64,000 nucleotides of DNA, from assembly GCA_965231765.1 (NCBI GenBank), contig OZ246887.1, forward strand, positions 3,980,538 through 4,044,537, in the 5' to 3' direction. Source of the DNA: Candidatus Binatia bacterium (lineage in GTDB: Bacteria; Desulfobacterota; Binatia; Bin18). This document shows, one piece after another, positions 47,054-56,448 of this stretch (positions are counted from its first letter, which is position 1; every line of letters begins with the position of its first letter). The notes under the pieces were generated by a model. That model was not told where the DNA came from, ran no database searches, and saw only the letters and a list, made by a program, of their open reading frames with translations. The translations under genes and the position numbers were made by a program.

Positions 47054-48223
47054 ATGTCGATCGAAACATTGAAAGATAAAACTGCGATCGTCGGTGTCGG
47101 ACACACCGAATATTCCAAGGATTCTGGTCGCAGCGAGATTAGTCTCGCCATTGAATGCATTCAGAAGGCGATTGATGATGCCGGGCTGAAAACGAGTGAT
47201 ATTGACGGGGTTGCCAAATATACGATGGACAATAACGATCCAGTTGATTTGGCTGCCCACCTCGGTATTCCCGAACTGCGCTTCTTCGGTGAGGTTGCCT
47301 ATGGCGGCGGTGGCGGTCCAGTTGGATCAGTTTTACTCGCAGCGATGGCTGTTGCCACGGGTATGGCCGATACGGTTGTGGCCTTTCGGGCCATGAATGA
47401 ACGCTCTGGGCGTGGCACGCCACGCTTTGGCCAAGCGTCTGGTCGCCGAGGGGCACCAGGCGTGGGTGCCTATCTCGAACCGTATGGACTCTTCAGTCCG
47501 GCTCAAATGGTGGCCTTGGCCGCCCGACGGCATATGCATTTATATGGCACTAAGAGTGAGCATTTTGGGGCGATTTCGGTTGCCTGCCGGACGCATGCCC
47601 AAAGCAATCCCAACGCGGTGATGCGCGGGCGTCCGATGACGATCGAAGATCACCAGAACTCACGCATGATTGCTGACCCGTTGCGCTTACTGGACTGCTG
47701 TTTAGAAACCGATGGTGGAGCTGCTGTGGTCGTGACCAGTGACGAGCGGGCAAAAGATCTGAAGCACAAACCCGCCTATATCATGAGCGGTGGGTTTGGG
47801 GCTGGGGAATGGAATACCCAACGAGTAGTCAAAGATATCGAAAGCAAGGAGACTGAATCCACTGTTGTGGCCAAGGCGATGTTTGGCCGAGCTGGTATCA
47901 CCCATGCGGATCTGGACGTGTGTTACCTGTATGACCACTTCACGCCATTAGTCCTGATGGCTTTTGAGGAACTCGGCTTCTGTGAACGAGGGGAGGGTGG
48001 TCCGTTTGTGTCTGATGGCAAGTTATTACACCCGAACGGCAGCCTCCCGTTTAATACCAGTGGTGGGAATTTGTCTGAGGGCTATATCCACGGGATGGAG
48101 AATATTGTGGAAGGCGTGCGTCAACTGCGCGGACAAGCCATCAATCAGGTCAAAGATGCTGAGATTGCCCTCATCACCTCCGGTAATGGAGTGCCAAATA
48201 CCGGCATGATTATCCACGGCTGA
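47054..48223 (+). CDS. Thiolase-fold SCP-x/nonspecific lipid-transfer-protein-type acetyl-CoA acyltransferase
   Basis: ATG 47054 after GAGGAGAG. TAIVGVGHTEYSK..., active-site Cys region, C-terminal NTSGGNLSEGYIHGMENIVEGVRQLRG. Confidence 0.75.
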   Translation: MSIETLKDKTAIVGVGHTEYSKDSGRSEISLAIECIQKAIDDAGLKTSDIDGVAKYTMDNNDPVDLAAHLGIPELRFFGEVAYGGGGGPVGSVLLAAMAVATGMADTVVAFRAMNERSGRGTPRFGQASGRRGAPGVGAYLEPYGLFSPAQMVALAARRHMHLYGTKSEHFGAISVACRTHAQSNPNAVMRGRPMTIEDHQNSRMIADPLRLLDCCLETDGGAAVVVTSDERAKDLKHKPAYIMSGGFGAGEWNTQRVVKDIESKETESTVVAKAMFGRAGITHADLDVCYLYDHFTPLVLMAFEELGFCERGEGGPFVSDGKLLHPNGSLPFNTSGGNLSEGYIHGMENIVEGVRQLRGQAINQVKDAEIALITSGNGVPNTGMIIHG

Positions 48224-48255
48224 GCGGCCGTGTCAGACTGGGGGAGTCCTGCGGT

Positions 48256-48480
48256 TTATTGCTCCGTCTGACTCTCTGAGTCACGCTCAAATCCACTACA
48301 AGACGTTACCGGTAAGGCGGGGTACTTCGTGTAGCGGGCATCGGTCTCCGCCCGCGTACAATAAAAAAATTGGGAGCCTTTGCCACTGACCAGCTGGCGG
48401 GTGTAGCGACAGTCTCCACATAAGCCGATGTTTGGGGATGGTTGGTTTGCCTCGTGTCTCTCCATCCTGCATCCTTTCAT
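48256..48480 (-). CDS. Putative small zinc-ribbon protein (about 70 aa)
   Basis: Four Cys in CGDC...C...C spacing (LCGDCRYTRQLVSGKGSQFFYCTRAE...SCSGFE) between thiolase and MaoC genes. Start ambiguous (48480 or 48465). Confidence 0.3.
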   Translation of the reverse strand: MKGCRMERHEANQPSPNIGLCGDCRYTRQLVSGKGSQFFYCTRAETDARYTKYPALPVTSCSGFERDSESQTEQ

Positions 48481-48610
48481 CTCAAAATAGCCGTGATTGC
48501 TCAACGGCCAGGGATCATAGTAGATTTGTCGTAAAGAAAGCGCGCTCAGCTGTAAAGCCGAGTGGGTGCAAAAGTCAGTATACAGTCGGCAGAAAGGAGC
48601 CCTCCACACT

Positions 48611-49069
48611 ATGGCAGCACGAATGGTTGAATATAACGATGTGAAATCTTGGGTCGGTCAAGAACTCGGCGTGTCCGATTGGCATCTGGTGACACAGGAA
48701 GAGATCAATTCTTTTGCTGAAGCCACCCATGACCACCAATGGATCCATCTTGACGTTGAACGAGCCAAGAAAGAGTCTCCGTTTGGTGGACCCGTCGCCC
48801 ATGGGTATTATACCTTGTCCCTTGCCCCGCATTTAATGAGCCAAATCTGGGGTGTCCAAGGGGTAAAAATGGGGGTCAACTATGGCCTGAACAAACTGCG
48901 TTTTCCTTCCCCCGTTCCGATCGGCAGTCGGATCCGGGCTCGGGCGACGCTCAACAATGTTGAGGATGTGAAAGGCGGCATGCAGGTGACGGTGGGTTTG
49001 GCTTTTGAGATAGAAGGCCAGGACAAACCTGCCTGTGTGGCAGAAGGTTTGTACCGCTATTACGCCTAA
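48611..49069 (+). CDS. MaoC-like (R)-specific enoyl-CoA hydratase/dehydratase, hot-dog fold
   Basis: ATG 48611 after AGGAGCC. INSFAEATHDHQWIHLDVERAKKESPFGGPVAHGYYTLSLAPHL = MaoC signature. Confidence 0.75.
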   Translation: MAARMVEYNDVKSWVGQELGVSDWHLVTQEEINSFAEATHDHQWIHLDVERAKKESPFGGPVAHGYYTLSLAPHLMSQIWGVQGVKMGVNYGLNKLRFPSPVPIGSRIRARATLNNVEDVKGGMQVTVGLAFEIEGQDKPACVAEGLYRYYA

Positions 49070-49120
49070 GAAGCCGTTGAAACCCTGCTCCTTCTAAGAA
49101 GCTGACAACCGGGAACCTCT

Positions 49121-50377
49121 ATGGCCGTGCGCGATGCTCAGTGGCGTAAGCGACTGCGTTCCTTTCTCTCTCCTCACATTGATGATGCAGTCTTGCAGCA
49201 GGAGTTGGGCCGTTTGCGCCACGGTCTGCCGCCACCTGTCATCTGGTTATTCGGCAAAGTGCAAGCCGGAAAATCTTCCATTATTCATGCTCTCACAGGC
49301 GCTGAATCCGTGCAGATCGGAGCGGGTTTTGCGCCGTGTACACGCTGGGCACAACGCTATGATTTCCCCAGTCCGGAATGTCCATTAGTCGTCTTCCTTG
49401 ATACCCGTGGCTTGGGTGAGGTAGGGTACGATCCCCAAGAAGACGTGGCCGCGTTTCAAACTCAGGCTCATATGCTGCTGGTCGTTGTAAAGGCCATGGA
49501 TATGGCGCTTGAACAATTATTGGGCGGCTTACACGCCATCGTCCAGACCCAACTCAAGTGGCCCATCCCTATCATTGTCGCCCAAACAACGCTGCATGAG
49601 GGCTACCCGCCAGACGTGCAAGATCACATGCAGCCGTATCCTTTTGGAGTCGAACCAGTCGCTGGCAGTATTCCTAGCGACCTGGCTTGTGCCTTGGCTT
49701 TTCAACGTAGACTATTTGCCGATATTCCGGTGAGGCGTTTTGTTCCAGTCGATTTGACCTTGCCTGAGGATGGATTCACTGATGTCTTGTATGGACGTGA
49801 GGCGCTGCTTGATGCAATAACCGAAGCCCATCCGCATGCGGCCTATCACACACTGCGCCAACTGCCCGCATTGACTCAAGAGCTGAAGAGCGTCCATTTT
49901 CGCCAGGCCCAGCCCCACCTCCTCGCCTATGCGGTTGCCGCTGGGGCAGCTGGCGCTACGCCGCTGCCTATTGCCGATCTCCCGCTTATTAGTGGTCTGC
50001 AACTGAAACTTCTCCACACGATCGCCTCTATCTACCGCCAGCCGCTTGAGGTCAAAACATTTTTGGAACTAGGCAGCGCGGTTGGGGTCGGTTTGCTCTT
50101 CCGCCAAGGCGCGCGGAGTCTGCTCAAAGTTGTGCCTGGCTTTGGTTCGGCTGTGTCTGGGCTGTATGCAGGTGCCGCAACGTATGCTCTGGGATGCGCC
50201 TTGTGCTTCTATTATCAAGCCGTTTTTGAAGGCCATATGCCGCGTCCGGAGCAGATCAAGGTGTTTTACCAAGAGCAATTTGCTGAGGGGATGCAGCTAT
50301 TGCGCACGAGCGAGCACAGAACACACAATAGCCAAGAAGATGGCCCATATCAAATCGGCGGAAATGGGCGGAAATGA
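49121..50377 (+). CDS. Small-GTPase (MMR_HSR1-type) domain fused to C-terminal DUF697 (YcjF C-half-like) membrane domain
   Basis: G1 GKVQAGKSS, G3 DTRG. C-terminal ...LPIADLPLISGLQLKLLHTIASIYRQP...GVGLLFRQGARSLLKVVPGFGSAVSGLYAGAATYALG resembles the YcjF/DUF697 core. Confidence 0.6.
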   Translation: MAVRDAQWRKRLRSFLSPHIDDAVLQQELGRLRHGLPPPVIWLFGKVQAGKSSIIHALTGAESVQIGAGFAPCTRWAQRYDFPSPECPLVVFLDTRGLGEVGYDPQEDVAAFQTQAHMLLVVVKAMDMALEQLLGGLHAIVQTQLKWPIPIIVAQTTLHEGYPPDVQDHMQPYPFGVEPVAGSIPSDLACALAFQRRLFADIPVRRFVPVDLTLPEDGFTDVLYGREALLDAITEAHPHAAYHTLRQLPALTQELKSVHFRQAQPHLLAYAVAAGAAGATPLPIADLPLISGLQLKLLHTIASIYRQPLEVKTFLELGSAVGVGLLFRQGARSLLKVVPGFGSAVSGLYAGAATYALGCALCFYYQAVFEGHMPRPEQIKVFYQEQFAEGMQLLRTSEHRTHNSQEDGPYQIGGNGRK

Positions 50378-50383
50378 GAGGAA

Positions 50384-52039
50384 ATGAGCACGAGTTCGGA
50401 CCGCACCGACCAGAGTCCTGGAGCTGCCCGAGGCTGGCGTGTGTGGGTCTTGGTGGGGTGCGTTGTGCTGCCGCCGCTGACCTTTGCCGTAGCGGGTGGT
50501 GTGTGGTTCTACGAACAGGGCTGGCTCGGCTGGGCTGGCGTTACTTTCGTGGTTGGAGAGGCGGTCACCCTTTTGCTGTTCCGTCGCTGGGCCCAGGCTG
50601 AGCAGCCGCTGTTGCCCCAGCCGTCAGCACGTCCGCCTGAGAGTTTTTCGCCCCGTGATGAAGAAGCCTGGAAGCTTGTGCTCGCCTATCAAGAACAGAT
50701 CGAGCGAGGGGAACTCATCTTCACCAGTCTGGACGAATATATCGGGTTGGGACGTGAAATGCTGGAACGCATGGCAAAGTTTTATCGTCCCGATGACCCC
50801 GATCCGTTGATCGCCGTTCCGGTGCCGCTGTTGTTTCGGGCGCTTGAAGAAACCGCCCATGATCTGGCAACCGTGACGACAAATTTGCCGTTTGCCCATC
50901 GGGTGACAATCGGTGAGATACTGCGTGGTTATCGGATTGGACAGAAGCTGAAGCCCGCCTATGATCTCTACCAGGCTTATCGTATGCTCTCTCCGCTGCT
51001 GAACTGGCAAAGCGCACTCATTCGATTCTTTGTCACTGAACGCTTGTTTGACCTGACGAAGGAGACTCTGCAGCAATGGCTGCTGCGCTGGTATGTCGAT
51101 CGGGTCGGCTATCATGCGATTGGGCTGTATAGTGGCAAACTGCTCCTTGATCAGCGTCCCGACAATCTTGCGTTGGAGACGGGCAAGCCACTTGAGTCGC
51201 AAAGTGAGACGCCGGGAAAACCGCAGAATAAGACGCCAGCAGTCTCGTCTGAGCCACTTCGAGTTCTCATCCTCGGTCAAGTCAAAGCCGGCAAGTCGAG
51301 CATAGTGAATGCGCTGTTTGGGGAAGTGCGTGCGTGTGTGGATGTCGTCCCGACCACGCTCCACCTCACCCCGTATGTGCTCGACCGTATTGAGGCAGAG
51401 GCTGCTGTGTTGCTGTACGATATGGGTGGCTATGATGATCCCACTATGCCGAGAGAGCGCCTTGCTGAAGTCTTATCAGAAGCCTTGCAGGCCGACCTCA
51501 TTCTGCTGGTCAGCTCCGCAGTGAACGCAGCCCGTGAGCCTGATCAGCGTGTCCTACAATATGTAAGAGACTATTTCAGTGCCCATCCTGAGCTGCATCC
51601 TCCGCCCATTCTTGTGGCGTTGACGTATATTGATCGGCTGCGGCCGCCACTCGTCTGGGAGCCGCCATATAACATTGTCACTCCGGAGAATCCAAAGGCA
51701 CGCTCTATCCGTGGGGCGCTTGATACGGTTGCTCAGGACCTTGCCTTAGTCCCTCAGCAGATCCTACCGCTCTGTGTGCATCCAGAACGGCTGTACAATA
51801 TCGAAGAAGCGTTGATGCCTGCGCTCGTCCATAGCCTGCCCGATGCCAAACGGACGTTGCTTGTCCGTAGCTTGAAAACGAAGCAAGAGCAGGAGCAATG
51901 GACGATCCTGGGGCGCCAGGCTCAGACAGCTGGGCGGTTCTTACTGGAAATTGGTGGAGAAATATTGCAAAAGGTGATCGGTACGGTTGTCTATGAGACC
52001 CGGGGTGCTAGGACGGGGAAGAGGGAAGAAAGGAGCTGA
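50384..52039 (+). CDS. YcjF N-half-like two-TM region fused to C-terminal small-GTPase domain
   Basis: TM hairpin WRVWVLVGCVVLPPLTFAVAGGVWFY...WAGVTFVVGEAVTLLLF. G1 GQVKAGKSS, G3 DMGG. Starts 7 nt after previous stop. Confidence 0.6.
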   Translation: MSTSSDRTDQSPGAARGWRVWVLVGCVVLPPLTFAVAGGVWFYEQGWLGWAGVTFVVGEAVTLLLFRRWAQAEQPLLPQPSARPPESFSPRDEEAWKLVLAYQEQIERGELIFTSLDEYIGLGREMLERMAKFYRPDDPDPLIAVPVPLLFRALEETAHDLATVTTNLPFAHRVTIGEILRGYRIGQKLKPAYDLYQAYRMLSPLLNWQSALIRFFVTERLFDLTKETLQQWLLRWYVDRVGYHAIGLYSGKLLLDQRPDNLALETGKPLESQSETPGKPQNKTPAVSSEPLRVLILGQVKAGKSSIVNALFGEVRACVDVVPTTLHLTPYVLDRIEAEAAVLLYDMGGYDDPTMPRERLAEVLSEALQADLILLVSSAVNAAREPDQRVLQYVRDYFSAHPELHPPPILVALTYIDRLRPPLVWEPPYNIVTPENPKARSIRGALDTVAQDLALVPQQILPLCVHPERLYNIEEALMPALVHSLPDAKRTLLVRSLKTKQEQEQWTILGRQAQTAGRFLLEIGGEILQKVIGTVVYETRGARTGKREERS

Positions 52040-52488
52040 AAAGGAAACCGTCCAGAAAGAGAGCCCGCAGTTGGAATGCTGCTCTAGGGCTGCGAGCCTC
52101 AGTGAACTCGACACAAGAACACAGTGGGGACGCGAGGAATGGCTCGCGCACTCTTGTAGGCTGCGGCAACCGAGCATTCAGGTGCTGTTCCGAGTTCCAA
52201 TCGTCCCATACGACCCCCCGAATCTTCATGTCGTCCTATGCTACTCGACTGTAAGAGCCATAGACAAGGACGGAGGGAGAGAAACTCAAGAGTATACAAG
52301 ATATTGCAGTTTTCTTCTTCAAACACGGGGCAAAAGCACCCCAGGCGGCATCCAGAGGCAAAAGCCCATCCCATGTTTGACCCTCTGTCTGAAATCAAAT
52401 ATACCTGTGGATACGCCTGACACCCACTGTCCAGCGTGTTAAGATCGCTCAAACTCAAAGGTTTTACGTAAAGGTGTGTTGAGCCTGT

Positions 52489-53694
52489 ATGGAATTTCCA
52501 CGGATTAAACGACTGCCGCCGTATCTGTTTGCCACTCTTGATAAAATGAAGATGGAAGCACGCTGGGCAGGCGAGGATATTATTGACTTCGGCATGGGTA
52601 ACCCAGATCAGGCTTCGCCTCCGCATGTGGTGGAGAAGCTCGTCGAAGCAGCCAATAAACCCCAGAATCACCGTTACTCCAGCTCGCGCGGTATTTATAA
52701 GCTCCGTTTGGCAATCTGCGACTGGTACAAACACCGTTTTGATGTTGATCTGGACCCGAATTCTGAGGCCGTTGTGACGATCGGCTCAAAGGAAGGCTTG
52801 TCCCATCTCGCGCTGGCTGTGCTCGGCCCTGGCGAGGTCGCAATTTGTCCTAGCCCAACGTATCCCATCCACCAGTATTCGATTGTTATGGCCAATGCTG
52901 ACTTGCGTTTGGTGCCACTCATTCCTGGCCAAGATTTTTTTGCCGCTTTGCAGGAAACCGTACGCCAGTGCTGGCCAAAGCCGAAGATGCTGTTGCTGAA
53001 CTTCCCGCATAACCCGACTACGGCTGTTGTTGATCTGGAGTTTTTTGAGCGCGTCGTGGATTTTGCCCGTGAAAACGATCTGTTTGTGGTGCACGATTTT
53101 GCTTATGCCGACTTGTTCTTTGACGGCTATACGCCTCCGAGCTTCCTGCAGGTCGCGGGCGCTAAGGACATTGGGGTTGAATTTTTTACCCTGTCCAAGT
53201 CGTACAATATGCCGGGCTGGCGGGTTGGGTTTGCGTGTGGCAATCCTGAAGTTATCACGGCTTTGAGCCGCTTAAAGAGCTATTTTGACTACGGCATTTT
53301 CCAACCGATTCAAATTGCTGCCATTCATGCTCTCAACGGACCCCAGGACTGTGTTGGGGAGATTCGCCAGCGCTACCAGGTTCGGCGTGATGTCCTGATT
53401 GATGGTCTCGAACGGATTGGCTGGCAGATCCCCAAGCCCAAGGGCACGATGTTTGTCTGGGCACCAGTGCCTGAGCCATTTCGAGACAAGGGCTCTATGG
53501 AATTTGCCAAATTTTTATTAACTGAGGCTAGGGTGTCTGTCTCGCCAGGTGTTGGTTTTGGCCCGTACGGGGACGAGTTCGTCCGGTTTGCATTGATTGA
53601 GAATGAACATCGTACCCGCCAAGCCGTCCGGGGTATCCGAAAAGCATTTGGTGGAGTGGAAAATCAAGACCTCAAAGACGTGGGTGTGGGGTAG
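52489..53694 (+). CDS. Class I/II PLP aminotransferase (AlaA/AspC-like)
   Basis: RLPPYLF..., [22 protein letters not shown] (PLP-Lys), 401 aa. Confidence 0.75.
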   Translation: MEFPRIKRLPPYLFATLDKMKMEARWAGEDIIDFGMGNPDQASPPHVVEKLVEAANKPQNHRYSSSRGIYKLRLAICDWYKHRFDVDLDPNSEAVVTIGSKEGLSHLALAVLGPGEVAICPSPTYPIHQYSIVMANADLRLVPLIPGQDFFAALQETVRQCWPKPKMLLLNFPHNPTTAVVDLEFFERVVDFARENDLFVVHDFAYADLFFDGYTPPSFLQVAGAKDIGVEFFTLSKSYNMPGWRVGFACGNPEVITALSRLKSYFDYGIFQPIQIAAIHALNGPQDCVGEIRQRYQVRRDVLIDGLERIGWQIPKPKGTMFVWAPVPEPFRDKGSMEFAKFLLTEARVSVSPGVGFGPYGDEFVRFALIENEHRTRQAVRGIRKAFGGVENQDLKDVGVG

Positions 53695-53696
53695 GT

Positions 53697-55016
53697 GTGG
53701 TGGTAGGTGAATTGAGGCTCGGTCTGATGGGTTTGGGGACTGTAGGGACAGGAGTTGTCCAACTCCTTGCACAGAATGCTGACGCGCTTGTCCGTAAACG
53801 GAATTGCCACTTACGCCTTGTCCACATTGCGAGCCGCAGCATCCACGACAAACCTCACCCTGACCTTGGTGCGGCTCGTCTGTCAACCGACCCCTGGGCC
53901 GTTGTGCGTGATCCTGAGGTCGACGTCGTGGTCGAGCTGATTGGCGGTACTGAGCCTGCCCGGCCATTGATTCTCGAAGCGATCGAACGCGGCAAGGCTG
54001 TGGTCACTGCGAATAAAGCTTTGCTGGCTTTGCACGCGGAAGAGATTCTTTCGGCCGCGGAAGCTCGCGGCGTACATGTGGGCTTTGAGGCGAGTGTGGC
54101 AGGCGGCATTCCTATTATCCGCGTCCTGCGCGAGAGCTTGGCCGCTGATCGCAACCGTGCCCTATTTGGGATCGTCAATGGCACCTGCAACTATATTTTG
54201 ACGATGATGCGAGAGGAAGACGCCGAGTTTGAGGTCGCTTTGCGCAGCGCTCAAGACAAGGGCCTGGCTGAGGCCGACCCGAGTTTTGATATTGATGGTA
54301 TTGATGCCGCCCAGAAATTAACGCTCTTGGCGATGCTGGCCTTTGGCGTCCATGTGCCCTTTGATGCCGTATATACGGAAGGCATTCGTCAGCTGAGCCA
54401 GACGGATATTTTGTTTGCCCGAGAATTTGGCTATGAGATTAAACTCCTGGCCATTGCCAAAGAAGAGAACGGGATAGTCGAGGTGCGTGTCCATCCGACT
54501 ATGGTGCCCCAACGGAGTTTACTCGCTAGGGTAGGTGGGGCCTACAACGCGATTTTTGTCCAGGGCGAAGCGCTGGGCTCGTCTCTCTATTTTGGCAGTG
54601 GAGCAGGGAGCTTACCAACCGCAACTTCAGTCGTGTCTGATCTTATGGAAGTCACACGGACGCACGGGCTGGCCTCGCCTCGATACCTGTCGAGTTTAGG
54701 CTATGCCTGGAAAGATCTGCGGACTGCTCCGATTCGCCCTATGGATGACGTCGTGAGTGAGTATTATGTTCGCTTCCAGGCGTCTGATCGACCTGGAGTG
54801 CTAGGCACGATTGCGGGCATTTTGGGCGACCAGTCGATCAGTATTGCTTCCGTCATTCAGCGCGATCGTAGTGATGGGGGTGCAACCGTTCCCTTAGTCC
54901 TGCGGACTCATAGCGCGTGTGAACGTAATATCAAAACAGCCCTGCAGCAGCTCAATCAGTTTTCCGTTGTGCAAGGACAACCCGTCTGCATACGTATCGA
55001 AGAAAATTTGGGATAA
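53697..55016 (+). CDS. hom: Homoserine dehydrogenase with C-terminal ACT domain
   Basis: LGLMGLGTVGTGV, ANKALLA, EASVAGGIPIIR, ACT-like C-terminus. Starts 3 nt after upstream stop. Confidence 0.9.
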   Translation: MVVGELRLGLMGLGTVGTGVVQLLAQNADALVRKRNCHLRLVHIASRSIHDKPHPDLGAARLSTDPWAVVRDPEVDVVVELIGGTEPARPLILEAIERGKAVVTANKALLALHAEEILSAAEARGVHVGFEASVAGGIPIIRVLRESLAADRNRALFGIVNGTCNYILTMMREEDAEFEVALRSAQDKGLAEADPSFDIDGIDAAQKLTLLAMLAFGVHVPFDAVYTEGIRQLSQTDILFAREFGYEIKLLAIAKEENGIVEVRVHPTMVPQRSLLARVGGAYNAIFVQGEALGSSLYFGSGAGSLPTATSVVSDLMEVTRTHGLASPRYLSSLGYAWKDLRTAPIRPMDDVVSEYYVRFQASDRPGVLGTIAGILGDQSISIASVIQRDRSDGGATVPLVLRTHSACERNIKTALQQLNQFSVVQGQPVCIRIEENLG

Positions 55017-55055
55017 TGGGGCAATTCGGATAATCAAAACGAAGAGGAAGTCCTT

Positions 55056-56432
55056 ATGGCAAACGGTGCGCTTGCTCAGCCTCCAGTGTCTCAGACGTCT
55101 CCTCCCTTTCGGGCGTGGTTTGGCTGTTCGGCCGGCTGTAACGGAGAACTGCCACTCAATCAGATCATCTATTACTGTCCCAAGTGTGGCAGCTTGCTCG
55201 ATGTGCAGCACGATCTCGACGCCTTGAGAACGCGCTCGGCCAGTGAGTGGAAAAACCTCTTTGATGATCGCTATCGGCGCACCACGTACCCATATGGCAG
55301 TGGAGTGTGGGGCAAGAAGGAAATGGTCTGCCCTGCGGTTGATGATGACAATGTTGTCTCCACCTACGAAGGCAGCTCCAATCTTTTTTGGGCCGAGCGG
55401 CTTGGCAATCAGGTTGGCGTCGGAGATCTGTGGATCAAGCAGTGTGGAACTGCGCATACCGGATCGTTTAAAGACCTGGGGATGACCGTACTGGTATCGA
55501 TGGTCAAGCAGATGCGAGCTGAGGGCATGAACATTCCTGCGGTTGCGTGTGCGTCAACTGGCGATACCTCGGCCGCCCTGGCGGCCTATTGTGCAGCCGC
55601 TGATATCCCGGCCATCGTCATTCTGCCGCGGAACAAAGTCTCGACCGCCCAGCTGATTCAACCCATGGCCAATGGGGCTTTAACTTTGTCCCTGGATACC
55701 GACTTTGACGGTTGTATGCGGGTAGTGCGCGAGCTGTGCACTCAGGAGAATATTTACCTAGCCAACTCAATGAACAGTCTGCGCCTGGAAGGGCAAAAGA
55801 CGATCTCGATTGAAATGGTCCAGCAGTTTGATTGGGAAGTCCCTGACGTGGTGATTGTCCCTGGCGGCAACCTGGGGAATATTACGGCAATTGGGCGTGG
55901 GTTTTTATTGATGCATGACCTCGGCATGATTGATCGGCTGCCGCGTCTGGTCTGCGCCCAAGCCGCTCAAGCCAATCCTTTGTATCGCAGTTATGCCACA
56001 GGCTTTGCCACCTACCGTCCGCTGAAAGCCAAGAAGACCCTAGCCTCAGCCATCCAAATTGGTGATCCGGTCAGTATTCATAAAGCGATCACGGTCTTGA
56101 AAGCGTTTGACAGCATTGTCGAGCAGGCAACCGAGGAAGAACTGGCCGATGCGGCCGCCTTGGCTGATCGGACTGGCTTATTTAACTGCCCGCACACGGG
56201 AGTCGGGCTGGCTGTGTTATTGAAACTCTTGGACCGAGGAGAGATTCAATCGCATGAGCGCGTGATTGTGGTCTCCACCGCCCACGGACTGAAGTTCACC
56301 GACTTCAAGCGCCGCTACCACGAAGGCAAGCTACGCGGTATGGCCTCACAGTATGCGAATCTTCCAATTGAACTCTCCGCTGATTATGACACTGCGCGGA
56401 ATACGATTTTTCGGGCGTTAGAAAAGAACTGA
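55056..56432 (+). CDS. thrC: Threonine synthase (long form with N-terminal zinc ribbon)
   Basis: [10 protein letters not shown] Zn-ribbon, PLP-Lys motif [11 protein letters not shown], size 458 aa. Confidence 0.85.
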   Translation: MANGALAQPPVSQTSPPFRAWFGCSAGCNGELPLNQIIYYCPKCGSLLDVQHDLDALRTRSASEWKNLFDDRYRRTTYPYGSGVWGKKEMVCPAVDDDNVVSTYEGSSNLFWAERLGNQVGVGDLWIKQCGTAHTGSFKDLGMTVLVSMVKQMRAEGMNIPAVACASTGDTSAALAAYCAAADIPAIVILPRNKVSTAQLIQPMANGALTLSLDTDFDGCMRVVRELCTQENIYLANSMNSLRLEGQKTISIEMVQQFDWEVPDVVIVPGGNLGNITAIGRGFLLMHDLGMIDRLPRLVCAQAAQANPLYRSYATGFATYRPLKAKKTLASAIQIGDPVSIHKAITVLKAFDSIVEQATEEELADAAALADRTGLFNCPHTGVGLAVLLKLLDRGEIQSHERVIVVSTAHGLKFTDFKRRYHEGKLRGMASQYANLPIELSADYDTARNTIFRALEKN

Positions 56433-56448
56433 GTGCTGAGGATTCGAT

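Noticed and set aside
52180-52230. GGTGCTGTT segment reminiscent of the SRP-RNA domain IV
   Set aside because: The flanking conserved GGAAGGAAGCAGC and helix 8 pairing are absent, so the similarity is coincidental.
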